Assembly: GCA_049325595.1 (NCBI GenBank)
Contig: JBMOLF010000010.1
Span: 32,001-96,000 of the forward strand
Reading direction: 5' to 3'
Length of the DNA: 64,000 nt
DNA from: Candidatus Babelota bacterium
GTDB lineage: Bacteria > Babelota > Babeliae > Babelales > Vermiphilaceae
In this document: positions 29,151-38,754 of the stretch, in pieces
Position numbering within the stretch: position 1 is the first letter of the stretch
Layout of the letters: each line of letters starts with the position of its first letter
The notes under the pieces: generated by a model
What the model was told of the DNA's origin: nothing
Databases searched by the model: none
What the model saw: only the letters and a program-made list of their open reading frames with translations
Position numbers and translations under genes: made by a program

Positions 29151-29684
29151 TTATTTTATTGATTCTTTATTGATTATTTTATCAATTTCTTGAATGGTAT
29201 TCGGCGTATTATTTTTTAATTCTTTTAAGCAGTGAATGCTGCTGGCAGCTCCCCATGCCGATCCTCCTGTCATCAAAGATGCAAAAACAAGGTTACCCTG
29301 AAAAGCAAAGTAACTAGCTGGTTCAGGTGCAGCTGGATTTATTAAATGTTTAAGTTGAAGCGCAATAAGATGCCAATGGTCGGCGGCTTCAATACCAACT
29401 CCAATAGAAACCCCAGCAAAAGTTGCCGCTGTCGCAATAAGAAGAGCCTTTTCTGTTTTAGATTTTTTTAATAATTCTATCTCTGAAGCATCTTTATTTT
29501 TCTGTTGTAATGATGTACTAAAAAGTTTAGGTGTATGAGCATTGTCTTTTTGAGATAAGATTGGGCGAGATTTGGTTGCAGATACCATTTTAGTTACTAA
29601 TGCTAATTCATTTTTTAGCATAGCTTGATTTAAGTTATACCAAGCACTGCTTAACGAAATTAAAACAAGTAATCGTGTGTTCAT
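29151..29684 (-). CDS. Hypothetical exported protein with two hydrophobic helices
   Basis: AGGAG RBS; signal peptide ending NQA|MLK. Confidence 0.75.
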   Translation of the reverse strand: MNTRLLVLISLSSAWYNLNQAMLKNELALVTKMVSATKSRPILSQKDNAHTPKLFSTSLQQKNKDASEIELLKKSKTEKALLIATAATFAGVSIGVGIEAADHWHLIALQLKHLINPAAPEPASYFAFQGNLVFASLMTGGSAWGAASSIHCLKELKNNTPNTIQEIDKIINKESIK

Positions 29685-29860
29685 GTTGTCTCCTGTTTAT
29701 ATGATTAAAAGTTTGGCAAATTGTAGTACATATTTTTTTAAAATGCAACCTATCCCTACATAAATCAGCGCTGCCTCTTTCAAAGCATTCAATCTTTTTC
29801 ATTATGTGTTACACTGCACTACAAGTAAATTTATAGTACGTATCACGTAAGGAAAAACCC

Positions 29861-32317
29861 ATGGCCTATGAATTTGGTGCCATTGAAAAAAAATGGCAAA
29901 AAATTTGGGAAGAACATCCGGTAGCACAAACTAAACCAACTGGTTCAGGTAAAAAATATTATTGCTTAGACATGTTCCCTTATCCATCAGGTTCTGGGTT
30001 ACACGTAGGTCACTGGCGTGGCTATGTGCTTTCTGATATTTATGCGCGTATTAAATGGCTAGAAGGGTATAACATTTTACACCCTATGGGATGGGATGCT
30101 TTTGGTTTGCCTGCAGAGAATGATGCTATTAAAAAAGGTATTAATCCACAAGTCAGCACAGCGCAAAATATTGCAAATTTTAAAAAACAACTCAAACAAC
30201 TTGCCGCTATTTATGATTGGGATAAAGAAGTAAATACCACTGATCCTGAGTATTATAAATGGACTCAATGGATATTTTTACAAATGTACAAAGCAGGACT
30301 TGCTTATTGTACCGATATGCCCATTAACTGGTGTCCTTCATGTTTGACTGGTCTTGCCAATGAAGAAGTGGTGATGGGTAGTTGCGAGCGCTGTGGTACG
30401 GTTGTTACTAAGAAAAAAGTTCCTCAATGGGTGTTGCGTATTACCGATTATGCTGAAAAGTTACTTGAAGGTCTTGATAAGCTTGAATGGCCTGAAAAAG
30501 TTAAATTGATGCAAAAAAATTGGATTGGTAAATCGCAAGGGGTAGAAATTGTATTTGATACCGTTGATAATAATGGTAATAAAGTTCAATTACCAGTATT
30601 TACCACCAGTCCAGAAACTATTTATGGTGTCGTATTTTTGGTAATGGCGCCACAACATGCCATGGTACGTGATTTAACTAAAGAAGAAGAGCATCAAGAG
30701 GTAGAAGATTACTGCGATCTTGCAAAAGAAACTCATCTATTTGGCCATGAAGTTGATGATGAAGCAAATCCAAAAGAAAAAACAGGCGTGTTTACCGGAT
30801 CTTATGCGCGTAATCCAGTAACTGGGGAACAGATTCCAATTTATGTTGCTGATTATGTATTGAGCGAATATGGCACGGGTGTGGTAATGGGCGTACCGGG
30901 CCATGATGTGCGCGACTTTGATTTTGCGGTGAATTTTGATTTGCCACGTCCACAAGTTATTGATGCGCCAGAAGCAAAACCAGGTGATCAAGATGATATG
31001 GATGCAGCATACATGGGTGATGGTAAAATGATCAACAGTGGTCAATTTACTGGTATGACTCGTGAACAAGCTCGTAAAGCAATTAACGATTACATTATTG
31101 CTAATGGTTTTGGTGCAATTAAAAATAAATATAAATTAAGAGATTGGATTTTCTCACGACAACGTTATTGGGGTGAACCTATACCTTTAGTTCATTGCCC
31201 AACATGTGGAATAGTACCCGTTCCTGAAAATCAATTGCCGGTAGAATTGCCCTATGTAGAAAAATATCAACCTACTGGTACTGGCGAATCACCATTGGCA
31301 GCAATTAGTGAGTGGGTTAATACAACCTGTCCACAATGCCATGAACCAGCAAAGCGTGAAACCAATACTATGCCACAATGGGCAGGTTCTTGTTGGTATT
31401 TCTTGCGGTACCCCAACCCTCATTTGTCAACTGAGGCATTTGATAAAAAAGATATGGATTATTGGCTACCGGTTGATTTATATGTTGGTGGTATTGAACA
31501 CGCAATTTTACATTTGTTGTATGCGCGTTTTTATGTAAAAGTATTGCATGATCTGGGGTATTTACCATTTGATGAGCCGTTTGCTCATTTATTTAACCAA
31601 GGCATGGTTCTTAAATACTCTGAAAAAACTGGCCTTGTAGAAAAAATGTCTAAATCAAAAGGCAATGTGGTTAACCCTGATGATATGGTACGCGATTATG
31701 GTTCAGATGTATTGCGTATGTATATGATGTTTATGGGGCCACCTGAACTTGATTGTGAATGGCAAGATTCCGGGTTGGATGGTATTAAGCGTTTTATGAA
31801 TCGTTTCTGGGATTATTTTACTAATCCAGAACATCGTTTGCAGAAAAATGAATTAGAAGATAAATCTGCAACCCGTCGCTTGCATAAATTCTTGAAAGAT
31901 TATCAAGACCGATTGGCACACTTTAAACCAAATACAGCAATTTCTGCCTTTATGGAATTTTTAAATGATGTGACTGCTCAAACATTTAAATTTGGTTCTG
32001 AAAGTCTGGAGAAAATTTTCGTAAGTTTATCTGTATTTGCACCACATGCAGGATCTGAATTGCTTGAGCAACAACTTAATAAGAAATTGAGCGATTGTTG
32101 TTGGCCTTCATTTGATCCAACATTAGCTGCAGATGATATTATTACAATAGTAGTTCAAGTAAATGGTAAAGTACGTGCAAATATTAATGCTAAACCGGGG
32201 GCATTACAGCCTGAAGTTGAAACTCTTGCCAAGGAAGCGGTAGAAAAATGGCTTGAGGGTAAAGCAATTAAGAAAGTTGTTTTTGTAAAAGATAAATTAA
32301 TTAGTTTTGTTATTTAA
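29861..32317 (+). CDS. leuS: Leucine--tRNA ligase
   Basis: [39 protein letters not shown]. Confidence 0.98.
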   Translation: MAYEFGAIEKKWQKIWEEHPVAQTKPTGSGKKYYCLDMFPYPSGSGLHVGHWRGYVLSDIYARIKWLEGYNILHPMGWDAFGLPAENDAIKKGINPQVSTAQNIANFKKQLKQLAAIYDWDKEVNTTDPEYYKWTQWIFLQMYKAGLAYCTDMPINWCPSCLTGLANEEVVMGSCERCGTVVTKKKVPQWVLRITDYAEKLLEGLDKLEWPEKVKLMQKNWIGKSQGVEIVFDTVDNNGNKVQLPVFTTSPETIYGVVFLVMAPQHAMVRDLTKEEEHQEVEDYCDLAKETHLFGHEVDDEANPKEKTGVFTGSYARNPVTGEQIPIYVADYVLSEYGTGVVMGVPGHDVRDFDFAVNFDLPRPQVIDAPEAKPGDQDDMDAAYMGDGKMINSGQFTGMTREQARKAINDYIIANGFGAIKNKYKLRDWIFSRQRYWGEPIPLVHCPTCGIVPVPENQLPVELPYVEKYQPTGTGESPLAAISEWVNTTCPQCHEPAKRETNTMPQWAGSCWYFLRYPNPHLSTEAFDKKDMDYWLPVDLYVGGIEHAILHLLYARFYVKVLHDLGYLPFDEPFAHLFNQGMVLKYSEKTGLVEKMSKSKGNVVNPDDMVRDYGSDVLRMYMMFMGPPELDCEWQDSGLDGIKRFMNRFWDYFTNPEHRLQKNELEDKSATRRLHKFLKDYQDRLAHFKPNTAISAFMEFLNDVTAQTFKFGSESLEKIFVSLSVFAPHAGSELLEQQLNKKLSDCCWPSFDPTLAADDIITIVVQVNGKVRANINAKPGALQPEVETLAKEAVEKWLEGKAIKKVVFVKDKLISFVI

Positions 32318-32365
32318 AAATTTGCTTTCTTGTATAAACAATAAAAACAAACCTAAGGAGAATTT

Positions 32366-32773
32366 ATGAAATTAGTACGCATTGCTGCTCTCGCTGCTTT
32401 AACAGCATCATTAGCACAAGCAACCACACAATTAGATTTTGCATTAAAACTTAATGAAGAAGTTCTTGCAAAAGATACCGTTATTGTAAGCTCAGAAAAT
32501 TCAGTTGCAGTAGGTACCACAACAGGTTTAACCGTGGTAGTCAATGTAGTTGAAGAAACTGAAGAAGCAGTAACTCTTAAATTTGATGTAGTACAAGATG
32601 ATAAAGTAGTTTGTACTCCTGAGGCTGTTGTTACCTTTGGTGCTGATCAAGCAACTATTACCTGCCAAGGGCCAGTAAACTACGAATTAACTTTATCGGC
32701 TCAAAAAGTAGTTGAAGTAGCACAATCAGAAGAAGCTGTGGTTGACCCAGTAGAAACTGAAGTAGCTGAATAA
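32366..32773 (+). CDS. Acidic exported beta-rich protein
   Basis: TAAGGAG RBS; signal peptide ending AQA; terminator downstream. Confidence 0.8.
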   Translation: MKLVRIAALAALTASLAQATTQLDFALKLNEEVLAKDTVIVSSENSVAVGTTTGLTVVVNVVEETEEAVTLKFDVVQDDKVVCTPEAVVTFGADQATITCQGPVNYELTLSAQKVVEVAQSEEAVVDPVETEVAE

Positions 32774-32819
32774 TTAAAAAGTGATGGGTGTATGAAGCTT
32801 TCTTAATACAAGGAAGCAA

Positions 32820-32850
32820 AAAAAGTGGGTCTTTTTATGACCCACTTTTT
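32820..32850. terminator. Bidirectional terminator
   Basis: AAAAAGTGGGTC-loop-GACCCACTTTTT. Confidence 0.85.
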
Positions 32851-32853
32851 ATT

Positions 32854-34188
32854 TTAAAATAATCTACGACGAGTATTATATTTTTTTTCAGAAAAACTAT
32901 CTTTTTCTTTGGTTTCTTCACCAGTAAAAGCGGCATTGTATTTACGTTTTGCACTAACTTTTTTTGGTGAGGGGCTTAAAGTTTCTTTTTCAGGACTAGT
33001 AATAGATTTTTTTTCTTCCGATTCTTTTTTTTCTACTTTTTTGTAGAGCGTACATTCTGATTTTAAGTTATCAAATGTTGCAACTAAATTTTTATATGAT
33101 TCAGGACTATAATTTGGATTAATACATGCTTGATTATACTCTGTTTCATTAAACTCAGTAGCATTACCGGTATATGCCATGACCAAATTATCTTTATCTC
33201 TAAGTATTAATTTTTCATGCATAATGTTTGGCATTAGACCATGCTTTTTAGTATTACCTTCATTGTATATAAAGGTGTTAATATTTTTGTACTCTACTAG
33301 CTCATTAAGTATTTGTTTTTGTTTATCACTAGTCGGATTGTTAATAATAATTTCAAATTCAGTTCCCTGTTTTGCTTGTTCTTTAATTTGATTGATAATA
33401 TCGGGAGCTGTCAGATTCATTGTAGCAATGCGTACTTTTTTACCGGTCAAACGATCAGCAGTGATTTTGTTTAATTTATGTTTTAATGAATCAAGAAAAG
33501 TAATTTTTTGCGGTGTACATGGAATAGTTTCTTTTTGTTCATCAATTTTTTTTGTTTCAGGACTTTTATCACCTGCCAATGGTACGCAAGTTTTTTTTAA
33601 ATTTTCAAATGATTTTATGGCATCGCAAACGACTTCGCTATTTTTTATTTTTTCCACAAATTCTACATTATGATAAGCATGACCTGAAAGATTACGTGAA
33701 CCCATGACTAAAATATGTTCTTTATCAAGATTGGTTAGTTTATCAACACTTTGTGAACGAGGACGTCTTTTTGCAATTACCGTTTTAGCATGCACGGGCA
33801 TAATGTGAGCTAAATGTACTGAAACTTTAGGATTTTCTTTGGCTATTTCTTCAGCGGCTTTTTTGTTGCGATTGGTGTCATCTAAAATAATTTCTGTTGA
33901 AGCTTTTGTGCTTTTTAATGCATCTATGAACCATTTATCAGTAAGGTGAGATGCTATTATTTTTAATTCGTCGCCTTTTTCTAAAGATGAAATTGTTGAT
34001 TTTTGTGGTTTATGAGGGCCACCTTTTTTGGCTGAAAAAACAAATTTTGTCTCAGCTTTTTTCTTGATTGGTGTGGAAATTGGAGTTGCTATTGGTGTTG
34101 ATGGATTGGTATTAGTATTATTTTCCATCCCAATAACCGGAAAAGCCATAAGAGATACAAAAACTATAATTTTTAGAATATTTTTCAT
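32854..34188 (-). CDS. Exported phospholipase D-superfamily (two HxK domains) protein
   Basis: HAKTVIAK...MGSRNLS and HEKLILRD...TGNAT; signal peptide ending VIG|MEN. Confidence 0.8.
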   Translation of the reverse strand: MKNILKIIVFVSLMAFPVIGMENNTNTNPSTPIATPISTPIKKKAETKFVFSAKKGGPHKPQKSTISSLEKGDELKIIASHLTDKWFIDALKSTKASTEIILDDTNRNKKAAEEIAKENPKVSVHLAHIMPVHAKTVIAKRRPRSQSVDKLTNLDKEHILVMGSRNLSGHAYHNVEFVEKIKNSEVVCDAIKSFENLKKTCVPLAGDKSPETKKIDEQKETIPCTPQKITFLDSLKHKLNKITADRLTGKKVRIATMNLTAPDIINQIKEQAKQGTEFEIIINNPTSDKQKQILNELVEYKNINTFIYNEGNTKKHGLMPNIMHEKLILRDKDNLVMAYTGNATEFNETEYNQACINPNYSPESYKNLVATFDNLKSECTLYKKVEKKESEEKKSITSPEKETLSPSPKKVSAKRKYNAAFTGEETKEKDSFSEKKYNTRRRLF

Positions 34189-34220
34189 TAGGATTTAATC
34201 CTCCACGAGATTTTAATTTA

Positions 34221-34249
34221 AGTATCGCATAAATTGACAATATGTCAAT
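34221..34249 (-). promoter_or_regulatory. Possible promoter for the PLD gene, overlapped by an inverted repeat
   Basis: Minus strand TTGACA-16 nt-GATACT with TGn; ATTGACA-ATA-TGTCAAT palindrome at 34233..34249. Confidence 0.45.
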
Positions 34250-34372
34250 ATATGCCCTGGCAAATTATAATTATTATTTTGAATAATTATTCTATTTGCA
34301 AACAATTGGTTTGTTGAGTTTTATTCTTTAAAAAAGTTAATCTAAAAAAAGAATTTTAGGGGGATAAGCTAC

Positions 34373-34786
34373 ATGATAAAATACATTGCACTATTGATTT
34401 GTTTTAACCTATATGGTTACAAAAAAGACTGTTGGCAAGAAAGAAATAACCAAGATTCGGTAACTAGCTATTACAATTATACTTATTATCCCTATCGATC
34501 TCGTTATATTGGTTTGCCATTTAAACAACGTTGTGGGGTAAATTTAACTGATCAGGAAATCATAGAGATCGAAACAGAACTTGCTCAATTTAATCCACTT
34601 ACTCCTATTACTGATAGTTTTATCTATTTATACAGAGAAACCGTTACTGGTAAGATATTAAAAGATTTGTACGATAATCGCATGGCGACTATTGTAGGTG
34701 AAGCATTACGCATTATTCAAGAAAGTCATGCAGCTCAAACAAGAAGACAAAAAACGAGTGAATTTGATAGTGATGGTGTTTTATAA
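34373..34786 (+). CDS. Hypothetical protein, possibly exported
   Basis: AGGGGG RBS; short hydrophobic N-terminus. Confidence 0.7.
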   Translation: MIKYIALLICFNLYGYKKDCWQERNNQDSVTSYYNYTYYPYRSRYIGLPFKQRCGVNLTDQEIIEIETELAQFNPLTPITDSFIYLYRETVTGKILKDLYDNRMATIVGEALRIIQESHAAQTRRQKTSEFDSDGVL

Positions 34787-34803
34787 TACTAAAGGAGTGT
34801 AGC

Positions 34804-35937
34804 GTGCGCATTGCTATGGTATCAAACAACTATACTCCTTATTCAGGGGGAGTGGTAAGTTCACTTAATGCTATTGTACCTCAGCTGCAGGCGCTTGGTC
34901 ATGAAGTAATTATTGTAACATTAGATTTTACAGGTGATCATTGCGATCCTGACTATGTTATTCGTATAAAAACATGCCTCAAATTTTTATATAAAAATAA
35001 TCATATGGCATTACCCTGGCGGCTGCATCAGCAACTTCAACAGATTTTAATAAATTATAATCCGGATATTATTCATATTCATCATCCTTTTTTATTAGGA
35101 GCTGCGGCGGTCAGGATAGCAAAAAAACTACAAAAAAAAGTTATTTTTACGCATCACACGCTCTATCATGCGTATGCTCATTACATTCCCTTTGCGCCCA
35201 TTGCTCTTACTCAAAAATGTATCAATGCATTAGTAACATCGTTATGCAATAAAGTTGATGGAATAGTTATACCAACATTTGATGTAATGCAATTTTTAAT
35301 CCCCGCTATACATTACAAAACAATAGTATTGCCAAGCCCGCTACAATCACACTTTTTAAACAATCAATTTATACCAAAAAACAAAGAGTCTAAATTTCGG
35401 TTACTCACCATTGGGCGTATGGTTCCCGAAAAAAATGTAAAATGGCTTTTAGAGATGTTTACTGGTTTAAATCCTGAATTATTTGAGTTTACTCTTGTTG
35501 GATATGGTTCTAGTTATAACGAATTGCAAACCTATGCGTACGATCTATTAAAATTATCTTCAACAACAGTAAAATTTGTTCATAAACCGGATAAAGAATT
35601 ACTTAAACTTTTTTATCGTAATGCTGATTTATTTATTTTTGCAAGCCAAACTGATACACAGGCTTTAGTCTTAGCCGAGAGTATGGCATTTGGTACACCA
35701 GTTATTGCCCTTGATGGTGTTGGACAACGACACATCGTGGAACAGGGCTATAATGGCTATCTAGTACATTCTCATCATGAAATGCGATTACTAATACAAG
35801 CGTTAGCCAATGATGCAGATCATCATATGTATTTACAAAAAAATGCTTTTCAAACGAGTCTTGGTTATCATCCAGCTGTATTAGCAGAAAAATTGATTAC
35901 TTTTTATCTAAAGACTGGCTGCAATACTGTTTGTTAA
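34804..35937 (+). CDS. GT4 (GT-B fold) glycosyltransferase
   Basis: MRIAMVS..Y.P.SGGV, HIHHPF, GRMVPEKN, DTQALVLAESMAFGTPV. Confidence 0.92.
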   Translation: MRIAMVSNNYTPYSGGVVSSLNAIVPQLQALGHEVIIVTLDFTGDHCDPDYVIRIKTCLKFLYKNNHMALPWRLHQQLQQILINYNPDIIHIHHPFLLGAAAVRIAKKLQKKVIFTHHTLYHAYAHYIPFAPIALTQKCINALVTSLCNKVDGIVIPTFDVMQFLIPAIHYKTIVLPSPLQSHFLNNQFIPKNKESKFRLLTIGRMVPEKNVKWLLEMFTGLNPELFEFTLVGYGSSYNELQTYAYDLLKLSSTTVKFVHKPDKELLKLFYRNADLFIFASQTDTQALVLAESMAFGTPVIALDGVGQRHIVEQGYNGYLVHSHHEMRLLIQALANDADHHMYLQKNAFQTSLGYHPAVLAEKLITFYLKTGCNTVC

Positions 35938-36445
35938 ATCTTGCAATATAAAAATGTATTGCTTTTTTCTCTAGCGGATCAATAATGTCATTAATTGAAT
36001 AATCACTTTCGTAGCTTTCACTACTGTCACTTTCTGAATCTGTTTCATTGGCTTGATAAGCAACTTGTGTTTGCAAGAGCAATGGCTTATAAGTTTTTTC
36101 TAATTTATTTTGATCTTTACGAACAATTTCAATGGTATACTCATAGCATTGAATAATATTTTGTGAGCTTTGGGTTATTGGGTTCATCAAATAGCTACGA
36201 CCGATTGGTTGTAAAATAGTGAGTACCGTTTGTAAAACCTTAATTTTTTCATCAGGAGTTTCAACAAAATTATATTTTTCCAAACTATTTTTAGCTTCGA
36301 TTGCCTTTGTTTCTAAGAGAGAAAAAGGAGTATCGGCTTGGTGAAGCATTTTTCTTAGATTTTCAATTTGATTGTTTATCTTAATAAAGTTTGCTTGTGT
36401 TAACTGGGTGAGGAATATTAACAAAAGAACTACAGTTTTTTTCAT
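35897..36445 (-). CDS. Hypothetical exported protein with acidic Ser-rich tract
   Basis: Signal peptide MKKTVVLLLIFLTQLTQA; ETDSESDSSESYESD. Confidence 0.65.
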   Translation of the reverse strand: MKKTVVLLLIFLTQLTQANFIKINNQIENLRKMLHQADTPFSLLETKAIEAKNSLEKYNFVETPDEKIKVLQTVLTILQPIGRSYLMNPITQSSQNIIQCYEYTIEIVRKDQNKLEKTYKPLLLQTQVAYQANETDSESDSSESYESDYSINDIIDPLEKKAIHFYIARFNKQYCSQSLDKK

Positions 36446-36665
36446 ATTCAAGCGCTTTATTTTTTTATTTTTGAACTGAGTTTAGTCTAATTCTATTGTA
36501 AAGCAGAAAAACAGATAATTAAAATTTTATATTTTTAAACATATAAATTCTATAATTATTCAAAAATTAAGAGAGACTATCAAATAAGGTAGACGGTAAA
36601 GGTATATACAAAAAAACAAACTTGTATTACAATTGTAAAATGTTTTAAAAATAAAAAGGGCAAAA

Positions 36666-38636
36666 ATGGACAAATTATTCAAACTTCATGCTCCTTTTCC
36701 GCCAGCCGGCAGCCAACCTGAAGCTATCAAACAACTTGTCCAAGGCAGACCCGGTAAATCTACCTTAGTTGGGGTAACTGGATCAGGAAAAACTTTTACT
36801 ATGGCAAATGTCATAGCACAACAAAACAAGCCCGTGCTTATTTTGGCTCCTAATAAAACACTGGCAGCGCAGCTCTATGAAGAATTTTCCTTATTCTTCC
36901 CAGAAAATAAAGTTTGTTATTTTGTAAGTTATTATGATTACTATCAACCAGAATCATACTTGCCCGCTACCGATGTATATGTTGCAAAAGAAACAAAAGT
37001 TAACAGTGAAATTGAGCGATTACGTGTCGAAGCTACTGCATCTATTTTACAACGTAAAGATGTAATTATTATTGCATCGGTATCCTGTATATATGGATTA
37101 GGTAATCCCCATGATTATAAATATCTTGCGTTTCCTATAGCAGTAGGCCAGGAAATGAGCCGTGCAGAAATTGTTCGAAAGTTAATTTCAATTCAGTATG
37201 AGCGTAACGAGATAGATAAAAAACCAGGAAGTTTTCAGGTTCTTGGTAACACCATTGAGGTGCAACTTCCGTATAGTAAGGAAAAATTGCGTATTGAATT
37301 GTTTGGCAATATGATTGAAAGCCTGCAATGGGTCAGCAAGCTCAACAACACCGTTGTCGCACAATCGGATGCTACTATAATATTCCCTGCAAAACACTTT
37401 GTGACCACTGAAGAACGCCAAAAAGCAGCGCTTGTAAGTATTCAACAAGAATTAGAGTTATGGGCACCACAGTTGCAAAATCCCATTTACAAAGAACGAA
37501 TTGAAAAACGGGTGGCTCATGATCTTGAAATGCTCAAAGAAGTAGGGTATTGTACCGGTATTGAAAATTATTCAGCACATTTTGATGGTCGTAGTGCAGG
37601 TGAACCGCCATATTGTTTATTTGATTACTTTCAAGATGATTTTTTGTTAATAGTTGATGAGTCGCACATTGCTATTCCTCAGTTGCGTGGTATGTATGCT
37701 GGTGACAAAGCACGTAAAAAATCGTTAATTGAGTTTGGTTTTAGATTGCCATCAGCCTCTGATAACAGACCGTTAAAATTTGAAGAGATCGAACGTTATT
37801 TTAATGACGTGGTGTTTGTTTCTGCAACACCGGGATCTTATGAACTAGAAAAATCAGATATGATTGTTGAGCAAATTATTCGCCCAACCGGTTTGCTTGA
37901 TCCAAAAATTGAGATTCATTCTCGTAATGGGCAACTTGATCATCTTATTGAACAAATCAAATCAACGACCGATAAAGGTTTCCGTACATTGGTAACGGTG
38001 CTTACAAAAAAAATGGCAGAAGACCTAGCGCGCTATCTTGAAGAGCGTCAAATAAAAGTATGCTATTTACACAGCGAACTTAAAACTCCGCAAAGAACAG
38101 AGTTAATACAAAAATTACGATTGGGTATTTTTGATTGTTTGGTCGGTGTTAATCTTCTTCGTGAAGGGCTTGATATTCCAGAAGTGGCATTGGTTGCTAT
38201 TATGGATGCTGATATTGAAAGTTATTTGCGTGATAAACGATCGTTGATACAGATTATTGGTCGCGCAGCACGTAATACTAATTCGCGGGTATTATTGTAT
38301 TCAGATAAAATGACCGATTCAATGCGTAACGCGATTGATGAAACTAATCGACGTCGAGCATTACAAGAAGCTTATAATCAAGCTCATGGCATTGTACCTA
38401 AAACGGTAAAACGTGAGGTTACCAAAACTATTACTGATATTCAAAAAGCAATTGCACAAGCTTCAGAGAAAAAGCGAAGCAAGAAAAAATCTGCCGAATT
38501 AACAACACCAGATCAAATCAGACAGCGTATGGCTGATATTGAGCAAGCCATGGCAATAGCGGCAGAAGAGCTTGATTTTGAAAAAGCAATTTCTTTGCGT
38601 GATGAATGGTTTGAGTTAAAAAAGAAATTGGAATAA
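36666..38636 (+). CDS. uvrB: Excinuclease ABC subunit B
   Basis: GVTGSGKT, YYDYYQPE, VDESH, NLLREGLDIPEV, GRAARN, C-terminal UVR domain. Confidence 0.98.
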   Translation: MDKLFKLHAPFPPAGSQPEAIKQLVQGRPGKSTLVGVTGSGKTFTMANVIAQQNKPVLILAPNKTLAAQLYEEFSLFFPENKVCYFVSYYDYYQPESYLPATDVYVAKETKVNSEIERLRVEATASILQRKDVIIIASVSCIYGLGNPHDYKYLAFPIAVGQEMSRAEIVRKLISIQYERNEIDKKPGSFQVLGNTIEVQLPYSKEKLRIELFGNMIESLQWVSKLNNTVVAQSDATIIFPAKHFVTTEERQKAALVSIQQELELWAPQLQNPIYKERIEKRVAHDLEMLKEVGYCTGIENYSAHFDGRSAGEPPYCLFDYFQDDFLLIVDESHIAIPQLRGMYAGDKARKKSLIEFGFRLPSASDNRPLKFEEIERYFNDVVFVSATPGSYELEKSDMIVEQIIRPTGLLDPKIEIHSRNGQLDHLIEQIKSTTDKGFRTLVTVLTKKMAEDLARYLEERQIKVCYLHSELKTPQRTELIQKLRLGIFDCLVGVNLLREGLDIPEVALVAIMDADIESYLRDKRSLIQIIGRAARNTNSRVLLYSDKMTDSMRNAIDETNRRRALQEAYNQAHGIVPKTVKREVTKTITDIQKAIAQASEKKRSKKKSAELTTPDQIRQRMADIEQAMAIAAEELDFEKAISLRDEWFELKKKLE

Positions 38637-38665
38637 TATCCATTTATAACAAGACTAAAATGTTT

Positions 38666-38699
38666 AAGATAGCGCAATACCTGCGCTATCTTTTTTTTT
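38666..38699 (+). terminator. Intrinsic terminator after uvrB
   Basis: AAGATAGCGCA-ATACC-TGCGCTATCTT followed by a T run. Confidence 0.85.
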
Positions 38700-38754
38700 A
38701 TCATTACTGCTAGACTTGGAAGCAAAAAAACAGCATTTTAATCAAAGGAGTATA

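Noticed and set aside
30590..30630. LeuRS editing-domain motif TTSPET instead of TTRPDT, as possible loss of editing
   Set aside because: The threonines and the GTG...HDxRD Asp are retained, so there is no good evidence of loss.
36600..36665. Possible SOS/LexA box upstream of uvrB (TTGTATTACAATTGTAA)
   Set aside because: Matches no LexA consensus I know; AT-rich and single instance.
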